Assembly (NCBI GenBank): GCA_028534125.1
Contig: CM052818.1
Location: 32,428,001 to 32,492,000, forward strand
DNA length: 64,000 nt
Direction of reading: 5' to 3'
From: Lama glama
Taxonomy: Eukaryota
The position numbers and the translations under genes were made by a program. This document shows, one piece after another, positions 27,768-43,002 of this stretch. The first letter of the stretch is position 1. Each line of letters begins with the position of its first letter. Below the pieces are notes generated by a model. It searched no databases and was not told where the DNA came from. It worked only from the letters and a program-made list of their open reading frames with translations.

Positions 27768-30279
27768 TAGTCACAGGTCCTTGAGTTGCTGGGAGCTCTG
27801 GATATTGGTACCAGGATCAAGAGAGGAAGCCACGTCTTGGGCACCCAAAGGTCACCTTGCTGACCTGGGGTTTGGACTTGCAGAAGGTCACTGAGAAAAT
27901 GAGGCAGGCAGCAGCCTTCAGACCACCAGTCCAACCCTCCCCATGCTTTTCCAAATGCAACTGGACGTGAGCCGGTGGAAGAAATCTGGGCAGAGTCCCC
28001 TGCCCAGGCCCCTGTGTTTTGTTCGTACTTCCAGGCCCCGGGCTGCCAGCTCACACATCTCCTCACTGGAAGAGCTCTTTCTGGAACCTCCATGGCTGGG
28101 CTTTCTGCTTCCCTTAGTGAAAGCCAATCACACAGAAATAGGGGACAGACACTGAAGGGGATGTCAATTCTCTGATCCCTCTGAAGTCAGCTGTCTCTAA
28201 AGAGAAAATGCAGTTCATCTTTATATTTTCTCTTCTCCACAGTCAGACTGAGGGAGGATTTTTGAAGGCATTTAAGAGTTGAGATTAACTAAAATAAATA
28301 CTCAAAACTTTCTCTTCAGTTGAGAGATGGCTAGAGATAGAAGAAGGTGAAACAGCCATTGGGTCCACAGCGTTCAGGAGTCACCCCCAGTGATATTTAC
28401 AGCACCCAGACACCCGTCCAGCATTTACTAATCGCAAAGCGCTTCCGCATCTATTGTACGTGTGCTTTTCAAAACAGTTCTGTGGGGTTTTCCAGACATA
28501 TTATTTTCACGTTACAGAAGTGTCAACAAGCTCATAGAGAATTGGTGGCTTTTTCCCCAAGATGGCCGAACTCTGTCCTACGCAATCCATTTTGTAAAAC
28601 ATGGTTGTTGGCTTATTTCTATTTTTATACCCATTGTTTTCTTTTCCATACATTTGCTTGAAGGCAGCGTGGTAGGGTTGTGGGGGGGGTCAGAGACCAA
28701 CTTAGCCAGGGGCTGTGCAGGAGAAAAGGGCAGGGCGCTGGGGCAGGGCAAGGAGGGCGACGTGGAAGCAGGCCCGTCTCAGCCTCGTTTGTTTACTGTG
28801 CTGCTCACGGCCCTGCACAGCTGCCAGAGCGCACTTCCGGCTAAGGGACCTGAGGGGCCTTCCCTCCGCCAGGTGACATCAACAGCCTTGACAAAAGGCT
28901 GGCAGAAGGGAGGCCTGACACTAGAAACCCAAGGCCAGCAGCTTCTGAAGCTGATAGAAGGTCCCCACCGCTTGCCCGGGGGGCTCGATTCAGCTCTGCT
29001 TGTCCGGGTTCTAGACTCCAGCTTCTTCTTGACCTTGGTCTCATTTCCTGAAACCGGTCTCCCTCTTTCTAGCATGATAGTCATCCATGTCTGCAGCTTC
29101 CCCCACCTAGACGTCCCTCTGCTGCCCCCTCTGGGTCCAGAAGAACCTTGGCCACAAGTTCTCCCAGGTGACCCTTCCAGGCAGAGTAACCCTCATGGTT
29201 CCAGCAGACTTACCCCTGCTGTTTCTCCCAGTTCCCGCCCCCCATCATCCGCTGGAGCAGAAATGGCCTCTGGGTCATTTGGAGTTGACTGGCTCTTGAA
29301 ATGTCTTACAAAACAACATGGGGGTCTTGGAATTTCAAGGGCCTCAGGACAGACTTATTGTGTCAGCTTGTGGCCTTAAGAAAAAATTGCATTCAACTTA
29401 GCTCTGTAAAGAACATTTCCTTTGCAAGAGTTCAAACAGCCCCAGGCTCTGGGAAGCACAGCTCCAGCTGCTAGCTTTGTAGGCAGAGCATCCCCACCCC
29501 CACCCCAGCCCTCTTTGCCCTTGACTTGGAGCAGCTCCTTAGAAGCAGGCAGGCAAGACTCTGCTCGAGCTTCAGAGTGTGAGGCCTGCACGCGTGTGTC
29601 CTGCCTCACAAATGCCCAGCGATCCCTCCATTTAGTGGTTTATAAGACAGTTTACACACTCACAGTCTCCTTTGAAACTAACCCATGAGGTGAGTCTCAT
29701 TATCTCCAAGTTACAGCTGAGGAAACTGAGGCTCAGACCGAGGAAGTTCTTGCCCAGTAAACGGTTAAAACCCTTTGAGTTATCTGATGTCTAGTCTAGG
29801 ATTCCTGCTGGGAATTTCAGTGCAGTGACCTCAGCAGGGTTTTGACAGTTGGCTGCCTAAGGACCGGTGAGTCCTGGTTCTTGTTGGGATGGGAAGCGGT
29901 TGATGAAACGAAGGCCCAGCACTTCAGGAGTTGGCAGGCATAGAGGGAGGGCAGAGGAACAAGCTTAGTAGTCATGCCACCCTTCCCCCACCTCCCCATT
30001 CCTAACCAAACACACCCCTGGGCTTTTGAGCCAGAGGCCTGACAGGAAGGGGTATGAGGCGCGCTTCCATCTGGACATGCACACCTGTGGCCAAAGCTGG
30101 TCTCCCTAGGGCAAAGAGTATACCCTGGGTTTTCCAGCCGTGGACTCTGAAGCCCCCAGACCCCCTGAAGACAGGTCTCCTCGGTGCTGGAGCTGGGGAA
30201 AGCTCCCCTCGAAGCACACGAGTCCTGCTTCCTTTGCCAGACCGAGTAGCCGACTGAACCTAGCCAGCGTCCTCACTGA

Positions 30280-30720
<441 letters not shown>

Positions 30721-31739
30721 TGATCTCCCCCAACGCCGATGATAAAGGGACTTTGGCTTCCCAGACTATTCTCTGAGTCACCTCCAAGGACACACTGGCA
30801 TGAGAACCTTGGAGGCCAGACTCCCCTGCCCTGTGCCTCCCTTTGGAAGGCCTGGCCCAAGTCCTTGCCAAGCCGGCTCCCTAAGGACCTGGTTTGCAGA
30901 CTCTGGCTTCAGAGACTCTCCACTTTCCCTCCCCTGCCCCAGCCCACCAGCTTCCAGAAGGGCACCACTCCCCGTACTGATGGGCGCTCCTCTTGAGGGC
31001 AACTGTGGGCAGTCCCAGCCCAGCCCTTCAGCAAGCAGCTGGCTCCTAGCCCTGTTCTCCTCTGGGCTTCTGAGCAGAGCAGACGGGGCTTCTGAGCAGA
31101 GCAGACGAGCCTTCTGAAGCTGAGAGGCTGGGAGATGATGGCTCCCCCACCCCCACAGATTAGGACACGATGCATGCACGCACTGTGATGTTCTGTCTAT
31201 GTTTTGCTTTACGCTGTGTATAAGATGCCTGTGTTAACCAGACGCTCTTCTTTCCAAGCCCTGGGTGGGTGGGAGGAGCCCAAGGGGGAAGCCCAAAAAT
31301 AACCCAGCCCCTGCTAAAAGGAGGGACAGGAGCCTGAAGGCACAGGGACCCATCCCCTCAACCCAACCCTGACCCCATGGAACAGGAGAGCCACTCCTCT
31401 GTGCTGCTGCCCCGGCCTGGAAGAGGGGCCAAGGGGCCAATCCAGCCTGTGGAGACTAGAACTCTTCCAACTCTTGCTCACATAGACTGCTTCCTGGGGG
31501 GCCCCAGCAAAAGGGTGGAGACCCCAGCGAGAGTTAGCCTGGACCTGGAGGAGAAAGTGCCCCATACACCCACTATCGAGCATCTAAATCTACTGAGTCC
31601 AGCCCCAGGTGCAGCCCCTGTGCCCTGAGCCTCCCTTCCCTCCGCACCGCCCCTGCCCTTGGGGCCCCTCCCTGCCCGACTGCATGCCCTGCTGATGTGC
31701 ATGTGTGTTGAGACTTGGGCACCCACCTCTCTGCGTTAA

Positions 31740-31895
<156 letters not shown>

Positions 31896-32187
31896 TAGGC
31901 CAGTTCTTCTTCCCAGCTAAAACCTCGGGGTTACTGATGTGAGTCCAGGATACAAAGGCATGATTGTGGGTCCCTTGCAGGCAAGTCTTCCTAGTGTTCC
32001 TCTCACCAAGTTTTCTGGAAATCAGGATGTGTGATCTGATATGGACCCAGAGGCAGAAGACTGACTACTGGGCAGGCGGTCCTAGAAGATGCAACAATAA
32101 TAGGCCCTGTACCCGTAGCAGCCAACCCAAGTGTCCCTCGTGTGGGCCCTCCCCTTGCCTACAAAAACGCACCTACATGTCCTCTGA

Positions 32188-32568
<381 letters not shown>

Positions 32569-33466
32569 TAGTTTCCAGGGTTCTGAGACACCTCAGGTGC
32601 AGTTTTGTAAACTTCCTGACACCCCGTCTGCCCCCAGCACTAGTGCTCTGACGATGGGCAGAGAGACCTGTGTGTGAAAGGGGGTCACAGCTCATGACCT
32701 AGTCCCACCCCTAGCCCAGGGTGTGAACCCCCACATCCTCAGCAAGGGGCCAGCCCGTCCCCACTGGAGCAGCCCAGCATACCCCCAAGGCAACTGTCCC
32801 ATCGGGGAGTTACGGACCCAGACGTCGTGCTTCCACTCCTTGGCTCCCTGCTTGCAACAGCCCTGCCGGTGCGGTGTCTGAGGACAGTGCTGCCGTCCTC
32901 CTCCTCGAGTCTTCTCCAAATCAAATAAGCTGTTTATTTCCATCCGTTCATGTGGGACACAGGTTTATATCTCCCCTTCATCCCAGCGTCCCACGTCTGC
33001 AGGTGTTCCAGTTGTCACTGTCCCTTGTGAAATGCAGTGTCTGGGACCGGGGACAGTGCCTCAGTGTGGTCGGTGCCAGCGTGCACCGGGCCCTCCCTCC
33101 CCAGCACTGGGCCCAGTGCTCCAGGGATGTGGAATCAATTCAGCCTCAAGAATGTTATTGATGGGCACACTGTCATTGGGCCGCACCGAGTTTGTAGTCA
33201 CCTAAGGCACCTGAATCTCTTCTGTAGCCACCATTGGCTCACCTTTCATCCTCATCCTGTCATATGCAGGAGATGTTTTGGATCCCTGTCCATAATTTGA
33301 TATTTATCTCTGTTACATATGCCCTCCCTGCAAAAGCTATGTTGAAAGTTGTAAAGCCAGGATGCTCCTGCTTCACGCCTGGTCCTCCAAAAAGAATGCT
33401 GGTCAAGGTGTCCAGGGCTGGGGAGGAGTGGGCAGCTTTTGTCCCGGCTGGGGAGGGGATTTCTGA

Positions 33467-33682
<216 letters not shown>

Positions 33683-34809
33683 TGATCTGGCAGGACGGAA
33701 TAGCATCTCAGGCTGTGCCACGGACACTGAGGTGTCACTCTGGGTGGGTGGTGATGAGCACTGCCCAGGCGGAGCCAAAACAGAAGCCCCCTGCCTGCCA
33801 CCCCCCAGCACAGCTCTGCTTCCTGGGAGCCCCTGATTCTGACCCTCAGCCCCAAGCATAGCCTCCTGGCTGCTCACGGACTGGGCACTCCTCGGAGGAG
33901 GACACCATGGCTGAAGCTCGCCCGCACTGCAGACCTCACTTTTATCTCTCATCAGTGCGGCCTCCTCTAGTCTGGCTCACTCCCTGGGTCGCGCCCCCAG
34001 CCCTGTCTTCCCCACGCAGAGAGTGTGGAGCTGGTTTCTGAGTATTTCCAGCTGGGCCTGTGAGCCAAGGGGCGCTGATCTGCAGGTCACAGAAGGCTCA
34101 GCGTGGTCCAGCCAAGCTATTACACTACAAAAGCCTGGGGCAAGGGGGCAGGGACCTGAGGCGAGGCGGAGGGCAAAGCTGGACTCCAGGCAGCACTGTT
34201 AGGCCAGCCCCTCGTGGGTGAAGGAATCTGAGAGGACGGGGGAATGGTAGCGTGTGTGACCCCCATGATACCATCCTTGATACCATTATTGCACACACAG
34301 GGGTATTGACACATTTTAGTTCACTAAATCCTCAAAGAATCCTATGATCACAGCTGGCACATTTCCTGGAGGAGGAACTGAGTGCTCAGAAATTGCCTCA
34401 CTTGCCCTGGCCCGTAAGTGGTGGGGCTGAGCTTTAAATGCAGAATCCACCCTGCGAATCACCTATCATGGAGTTTGCCTTATGGAATGTTCTCATGTAG
34501 TAATAACAATGATGTTGGTCACTTGCACTGGGAGAGCTCTTTAGAACTCTCCAAAACCATTTTATGCTGTTGAATTCATTTCATTATCACAACCCTAGGG
34601 AGTGGGGGTTTAGGGGCAGGGCAAGAGTTACTGCCCTGGCTTAGAGAAGGAGACTGAGATCAAAGAGTCACGTGTCACTTAGTGTCACAGCTTGTAAGTA
34701 ACAAAGGCAGGATTAGGACTCAGGTCCTCAGGCACCAGTTTAGACCCAGAATAGAGGCCTTGCACTCTGTGGCAGTTGTCCAGCTGTGTGGCTTGGTGGT
34801 GCTTCAACT

Positions 34810-35180
34810 GTAGGAAGCACAGGTGACTGGACCCCCAGCTGTACTCTCAAAGTCATGGCCATGTTTGCTCCACTCAGTGCCTGGGCGTAGCAGAGATACT
34901 AAGACTGCCTGGAGACATGGGACTCCTCTGATGGCCTCTTTGGCTCCAGAACTTCCCAGCAGCCTTGCTGGGGCTTCTTTAAACTGAACGGCTGTCAAGG
35001 ATCTTTACTCAACCTTCCCTTACTCTGTCCTTCCCAAGGGGTCAGATTTTCAACATGGTCTGGTGGCTCTTCCAGCCTTCCTTGTTCCCTCCTGAAGTTC
35101 TCTCACAGGCGTTTCCCCTAATAAAATCCTTGCACGTTAATCCCATCTTGGGTCTGCTTCTCAGAGGACCCAAACGAATG
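34810..35180 (+). mobile_element. LTR16-like (ERVL) solo LTR in intron 19
   Basis: 3' end CACAGGCGTTTCCCCTAATAAAATCCTTGCACGTTAATCCCATCTTGGGTCTGCTTCTCAGAGGACCCAAAC resembles the LTR16 terminus; left boundary approximate. Confidence 0.75.
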
Positions 35181-35342
35181 TGCCTGTGGCCCTGCATAAT
35201 GAGATAAATCTTTTACATTCATATGGTTTTAAGCTTTACATTTACTTTAATCTTTCAGTTAAAGGTATGCTTTCACACCTGTAATCATTTTGTTAGTATG
35301 ACTAAGTGTGGTGGATAAGTTTAGATCCCCGGGGGGAAGTAG

Positions 35343-35612
<270 letters not shown>

Positions 35613-36135
35613 TGAGTGCCCACCACTGTCCTGTGGGGCAGCGGGGGTGGTGAGGGAGGGAGGGGAGAGTTCTAAGGGGCTGGATGTCATCCTTGCACCT
35701 CAAGAAGCCAGCAAAGCCACCCATGAGATAGCCCCAGCCCTCCTGGGGGGAGGTTTCACGTTCAGGGCCATTGCGGGTGGGTGTTTGTTTCAGCACCCCG
35801 TATATTCATGGGGTTGGTACAATGAGAGGAGGCCTAAATGAGAGAAACCAGGGCAAGCCTCAAAGTCTACCCAAGCACCCCTCCCCAGGCCTCACTCCCC
35901 TCCACCCTCCCAGCTCCCAGAGCACCCTGTGCGCTCGGCTCTCATTCACTGAGCACGGGCCAGGAGGTGTCTGCCAGCCACCTGTCCCTCCCCAGGGAGT
36001 TTGAGCCTCTCTGGCAGGACCATGTCCCATTCACCTCTTTGACCCTGGCAAATATCAGAGACTCAGTAAGTATTCACTGAAGGAATGTCCAGCCAATATC
36101 ATGAATCCCCAGTTGGAACCTTTCTTGCCAGATAA

Positions 36136-36426
<291 letters not shown>

Positions 36427-36457
36427 TGAGGTCTCTGTAAGCGCAGCTCTCTGCTGA

Positions 36458-36586
<129 letters not shown>

Positions 36587-37838
36587 TAATGGCACAGAGA
36601 GACACCTCACTCCACCGCAGTCCTGTAAGGAGCATGAGGCGTTCCTAACAGGCAGGCCTCCAGGGCAGACAGGGCTGTCCTCCAGTGTACTTCTTCCTCT
36701 CCAGCAGGAGACGCCCCAAAATTCTTAGCACATCTTGCCAGGGTGGAACAGCCCCCAGATGGTTGTCTCAGAAAAAGAATCTCGTAGCCTAATAATCCAG
36801 TCAGTATCACTCTGCCTTCAGCCTGCTCCCCTGTGTCAGCCATTGGGCCTCCCTCCTTTTTCTTAAGGAATGGGGCGTGCTGGCTGTTGGCAGTAGACGG
36901 TATGACCTTCCTTCAGTTGGATCGTCCACCGGGTCTTTCGCCAGCCCCAGCTCTCAGCTCTCAAGTAGAGGAAATGTGCCCCGGCATGATGGGGGTCCCC
37001 CCTCGTCCACCCAGCTGGCCTGGCCCTTCAGCTGGTGGATCTGGGACCCCTGAATGAGAGTGGTCACATCTGGGGCTCTGACAGTAGATGTTTGATCTTG
37101 AGATCTGGCCAGGCCCCTGGCCTCCCAGGAGTCTGAAACATCCTGACAGGCTAGAGGGGCCAGGGTCTCCCCCTGGCATAAGTGGCAGAGGGAGCGAGGC
37201 CAGAGGGGTGTTTGAGGCACTGCATCCATAGGAGACCCACATCACTGAGTCTCTGCTCGACAGTGACTAACACACATCACTGAGTCTCTCTGCTTGACAG
37301 TGTCTAACCAGCGTTACGTGTGGGCAGCCCTCACCCAGCCTCTCAGCTCCACGTGCGTGCGCCCACGTGGAGTTCCCCGTCCCCACTGCCCTCTGTGTCC
37401 TAACAGAATCATGTTAACAAGAAAACCCAAATCTCAGAGCCCCCATGCAGAAGCCACAGCAGGATGCAGTGGCCCTCTTCCTCCATCTTCTGCACGTGGT
37501 CACCTGGCAGATCTCCCACAGTCCCTCGGGGAGGCAGTTCCTCCAGCTTCCACCTGAGGCTTCCTCGGAGAACCCACATGTGAATCCTAGCCCACGTCCA
37601 AGCACCAGCCTCCAAGAAAGACGTGTTCCTCTCCCCCATCCCACCTTCTCACCCAAGTGCTCTCGCACAGGCAGCATCCTCCTGCCTCCAACCAAGTACT
37701 TTGATGCAGATGAACTTCCGCAGCCGCTGCCCTCTGGTTCTTCCACCTGCTCAGCAATGAGATTCTCAGCTGCTTAGGCTCAGCATGGGACCCCTGCTCC
37801 CCACGTTTACAGAATGCATTTCCATAATGTGACAGTGA

Positions 37839-38165
<327 letters not shown>

Positions 38166-41100
38166 TAGCCCCTGGGCTTGGCTCTGGGGGAAGGGCGGGA
38201 GCGTAGGGACAGAAGGTGGCCGATGGCTGAGCGGCCCGGGGGAGCTTGCACCAGGTTGTGCAAGGGCTTCTCCAGCTTGAATCCATTTTATAGCCTGCTG
38301 TTTCTGGAAACCAAGCTAGGGACAAGCACAGAGGGGCTTTTGTGCCAGTCATGTCACTCACTCAACCAACCGACACGGGGCAGGTCACTCTGTGCCCACT
38401 GTCCTCGTCTCTCAAGAGGGGATGCCCTGACCTTGTAGTTTTACTATTGAAATGAAGTTCTGGGATGTTTAGGAAGGTGCTGCATATGTGTTATGGTTGA
38501 AGGGCTAGAGCTTGGGGGAGTGAAGTAACCGAGGTGGACTCACTCACGCCCAGCCCTGCTTGGCCGTTAGATGACCATGTGGCTCAGGGAAGCCAACCCC
38601 CTCTAACTTCATCTGCAACATGAAATCTGTGGGCTGGGCTAGAACAGCTCAGAGGTGGTTCTAACTTATAAAACACAGTACACTGGGCAGAGCCAGAGTC
38701 CAGCCGCCCACTCCTGTCACTGCTGGGGTCTTCAGAGGCCCCAGGCTCTGGGAACTGGAGCAGAGCAGACCCCTGAGTTGGGACCTGGCTTCCTTGAATT
38801 GCTGCTGGACTGTGAGGACCACAGGGAAGACTTGTAGCCTCTCCACCCCGAGAAAAGCAGAGGAAGAGTGATAGCCACTTGGCTACAGCAAAACCAGAAC
38901 TGGACATTCTCACAAGGACTCAAAGAGGTGATGGAAACCTTGAAAGGTCACACCTGCTCCCCAGTCGGTCAGGCTCAGTTTAAAAACCACAGCCTTGGGA
39001 GCCACCACACTCTTCTGCAAGCCTCTGGGTGACCTGTCTCGGCATCTAAGAGCAGTTTGATCTAACTCCTTGAAAAGATGTGTGCCCCTGAGCACACCTG
39101 GCAGGAGAAAAGGGGGCGGGGGGACAAGGGGAGAAAGCTAACCCCCCCTTGTTACCGTCCTCGTCGGCACTGTCAGCATCCTCCTCATAGTTTTCACGTT
39201 TCTCAAAACTGCCCTATGAAGTGGACGGTGCAGATCTCACCCCATTTTAGAGATGAGAAAACAGGGGCTCAGAGAGGTTATGTGATTTGCCGAGGCCACA
39301 CAGTGGAAGTGGAAGAGCTAGGACTAAAACTCGGGGCTTATGGCTCCTGATTTTGTGCTCTCTCCGGCCTCCTGTGCTGTTTATCCCAAGGGTCCTCTTT
39401 GGGAAGCCATGGCATACCAAGGCCAGGGTGGGTCATTGAGAGCAAATGCTGTCAGCTCCACAGGCACCTCTGCTGGGGTCTGGGCACCAGCCTTGGCTTT
39501 CCCACCACCACCCAGCAAGGAAGAACCTTCAGCCCTTGTGCCCTGAGATTCTCAGTGGTGCTTCTGGGAGAGGTCAAATGGGGTATCACACTTTGGGAAG
39601 AGACATAGCTCTGGCTTTCCCACTGGACATGCCTCAGGCTTGAAGACAAGATAGTATTATGCATGCAGAGGAGAGGCCTCCTTGTAAAGGGAATCTGGGA
39701 ACCCGTCACTTGGCAAGTCCGAGGACCTTGGAGGTAGGGGACTTCTCTCTGTCTTGTTGATGAAGGCATCTCTCTCCCTTGATGCCCCAGTGAAGAAGGG
39801 CAGATCATTGGTATCTCCCACCACCTCCCCGCCCCCGGGCCACCCTGAGGAGACTCAGAGCAGGAGCCTGCAGCCAAGTTCCAACCTCTAACTGCAGCCA
39901 CTGCCCATGGGATGCCCACAACCAGGAGACAGTCGACTCCACTTGGGAGAGCTGCTTCTAGGGGTCAGGATCCCACCCACCAAATCTGCCCTTTAACGCT
40001 CAGTGGTGCTCTTGTTTTGTGTGGCTTTCCTTGCCAACCATGCCCCCACGTCTTGGTAGCACCTCAGTCATCCTCCTCACCCCGCCGGAACACCCACCCG
40101 TCCCAGTGAGCTGGTCCTTCCTCAGATACCTGCCCATGCGGGGTGATTTAAAATACCAGATTACAGCCCTCCAGAGTGACCCCATGCAAATATGTTTGTG
40201 GCGGCAGCTTCCCATGGGCAGGGAGTTGGGAGGGGGTCAGGAGGTTGCTGGGCATCCTGCGTGGATTCTCTGACCCACAGAATCCAACTTGGTAGAGTGA
40301 GGATCAGGTTGACTGTGAGAATATAGCGGACAGAGGGGCTAATATCAGTAAATCCGACAGGTGCTGAAGAAGGGAAGGATTGGCTGATGGGCATCAGGGC
40401 TGGGGAGGTGCACACACTGGGCGGGGGCGGGGGGGTAGTTATACCTCCAAGCTGGGGAGCTCACTGGATTCAAAGGCCTGAATTGCACCTGATTCATTTG
40501 TTTGAAGCCCCTGAGTCTCTCCAGGTTTCCTTGATGACCTGCTGTGTGCAGACACCTGACTGGGCACTAAGACTCAGACGAGCTCTCTGTCCTCACTTCC
40601 TGCCATCTCCGGGACTCAGGGGTTCCATAGACCATCAGGATGGAAGGACCTCAGAGATGGTCTAAGAGTCTCCAGCTTCAGATAACGTATTGACATGAAA
40701 TAATAACAGACATAAACGCGTGATGGACAGAAGGGGTGCCTGGGCCTGTCTGTCATGGAAATGAAATTCCCGGGTACAGACAAAAACATCATTTGGTCCC
40801 AGGATCCCACCTCTTCAGGAAGGAAGGAATCTTTTAATGTCAACATAACTTTGCAGACCTTCTCTTTATTGAACAAGTTTTTATTGTGGGTTTAATATAT
40901 GCCAGATACAGGCTAGTAGCTGCTCTTTTAGTATCAGTTGATTCAATCTATAATGACAAAGGCCATGAAGGAGTCAGTGATCTCTTTATTAAAGGTGGCA
41001 GTCATTGACCACTATAGCGTCTGTACCTATTTGGAACATGGTAATCCTGTAGGTAATGGCTCCGGAGAAGATGCTCAGGACCTTGGTGGCTCCTTGGATG

Positions 41101-41504
41101 TTAGAGGTCACAGTGTAGAGCTGAGAACCTCTGATTTCAACTAAAGCTTAGGTTTTCATCTTTGGCTCTGATTTTGCCAAATAACCAATGCTGGTTCCAA
41201 AATGTGTGGAGGGACACTGTCAGCTAACCAGGAGCCAGAAATGTGAGGGCCCAGCATCATTCATGTCTTCATCACTTGAAAATGGATTTTTGCCGCTTTT
41301 AATATCTTTGTTCCTTGTCTGCATTCTTTGTTTCTTCCTTTCATCTTTCCCTCTCACCCTCAGATCTATCAGTTTTTAAATATATGCCTATTCTGTTTTT
41401 CACTTGGTGAAACAGTTCCTCCCCCGCTTCCTGTGATCTTCATCACTAAATGCAGGTGCTCCTTAGGAAGGGACCAGATATCATTGTTATTATGTCTTTT
41501 GTTA

Positions 41505-41530
<26 letters not shown>
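41505..41530. repeat. (GT)13 microsatellite
   Basis: Perfect GT run. Confidence 0.95.
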
Positions 41531-41535
<5 letters not shown>

Positions 41536-42574
41536 ATCCTTTGGAAATAACCCCACAGGAACTGTGACCAAAGAAGTCATTGCACTTCCCTGCACCTGTT
41601 GTCTCACCTGTGAAAGTAGGACATTGGTCTAAACAGTGTCCCTGAAGGGAGTGTCAAAGCCCTGAGGTGCCATACACTCACACATGTGCTCGAAAGAATT
41701 CTCTGGTCAAACTTCAGAGCCAAGTAGACTCCCCTCTTACTGAGTCTCAACAGACGTTAGTGTATAGCAAAGACTGATAATTCCTGTGATAAAGAAGCCT
41801 ATTTAGACCTATCTGATTGAATTCCATTCCATGGTCGGCTTTGGGAAATACTGGACAAAATTCTCTGCGTGCTGGACAGGATGCACCCATCACCACGACT
41901 GCCCAGTGTCCAGTTGCCAAAGAAAGTGCCGCAAGTGGCAAAGTGGGGAAAAAACCCTGATTCCAACTCGTTCTTTGCCCAGCATGGATACAAATGGCTA
42001 TACTCTGCCCTGCTAGACAGCCATACACCCCTCCCCCAACACCGCCCCCCCCCCCCACAGTTGCCAACTGTCTGCTTCTGGGTGGACTTATTAGCAGAGC
42101 AGTTAATTTGCTCTGAGCAGCCAAAGACAGGGAGCCCAGATAAACCTGGCCCGGGGTTTAATGCCTGTGAAGATTTAGTCCCTGCAGCACACCAGGCTCA
42201 CGGAGCATTTGAGACATCAGTGGTTCTTGCATCCTGAGTAATGAGGGCTAAGACACAAAGAGACTCGAGGGAAGCTAGGCCTGGGTCCTCTTTATCAAGA
42301 ACAGAAAGCACTTACCTGGAGAGAGAAAAGATAGTTTTAATACTACAGCAAGATGGATGAATATTTTCTTAGAAATATATTACCTTTCTTTTCCTGAGGA
42401 AATGGGGACTGTCTCTTTCACAGTGCCCAGTTCTTCTGACCCCAATAAGGTCCCCAGAGAAGTCAAGCACAAAGACCACTTCCCACGAGACCCCCAAGGC
42501 ACCCTCCATGGTTTAGAGTAACCCCCTCCAAAACTGCAGATCCCTTTCTAAAGCACTCACTCTGTGCCTCTTTC

Positions 42575-42976
42575 TGTAACAAAGCAGGACCCTGTGGGGC
42601 CTTCCCAGGACAGCCCCCTCCCCCGTAGCCTCTGCTGAAGCGCCTCTCTGAAGTACCCAGATAATAATATCTCATGCATATTTCCTGAGTTTTTCAGATG
42701 TTAAAAAAATACCACCAAGTGGAAGAAATTAACTACTTAATGATCATGAGCACATACCCTCCAGCCTGCTGGTGCCAAGGATTAATCACCATCAATCAGA
42801 GAACTGTGTACAGCTGATCACATACCCTGAGTCGCCCCTCCCTCAGATGGCTTTTAAAAATGCTCAGCTGAAACCCTTCTGGGAGCTTGGGGCCTATTGG
42901 GCATGAGCCATTCCTTCTCCTAGCTCCGCCCTTCAATTAACCTTGCTCAGTCGGGCAGGCGAACAGCTTGGTAACA
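42575..42976 (+). repeat. 5' LTR of outer provirus
   Basis: TG...CA ends; homologous to 54949-55386; TATA-like TTTTAAAAA at 42852-42860; polyA signal reads AATTAA (42935-42940). Confidence 0.92.
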
Positions 42977-42979
42977 GTT

Positions 42980-43002
42980 TGGGGGAAGCCAGCGTAGGAG
43001 TC
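42980..43002 (+). promoter_or_regulatory. Degenerate primer-binding site of outer provirus, probably tRNA-Arg
   Basis: TGGGGGAAGCCAGCGTAGGAGTC, 3 nt after the LTR, resembles TGGCGAGCCAGCCAGGAGTC (complement of the tRNA-Arg(ACG) 3' end, from memory) with indels. Confidence 0.55.

Noticed and set aside
28462..29379. Longest ORF in the track (305 aa, +)
   Set aside because: Intronic, non-ATG start, low-complexity L/S/G/P composition and no recognisable domain; expected by chance in GC-rich DNA
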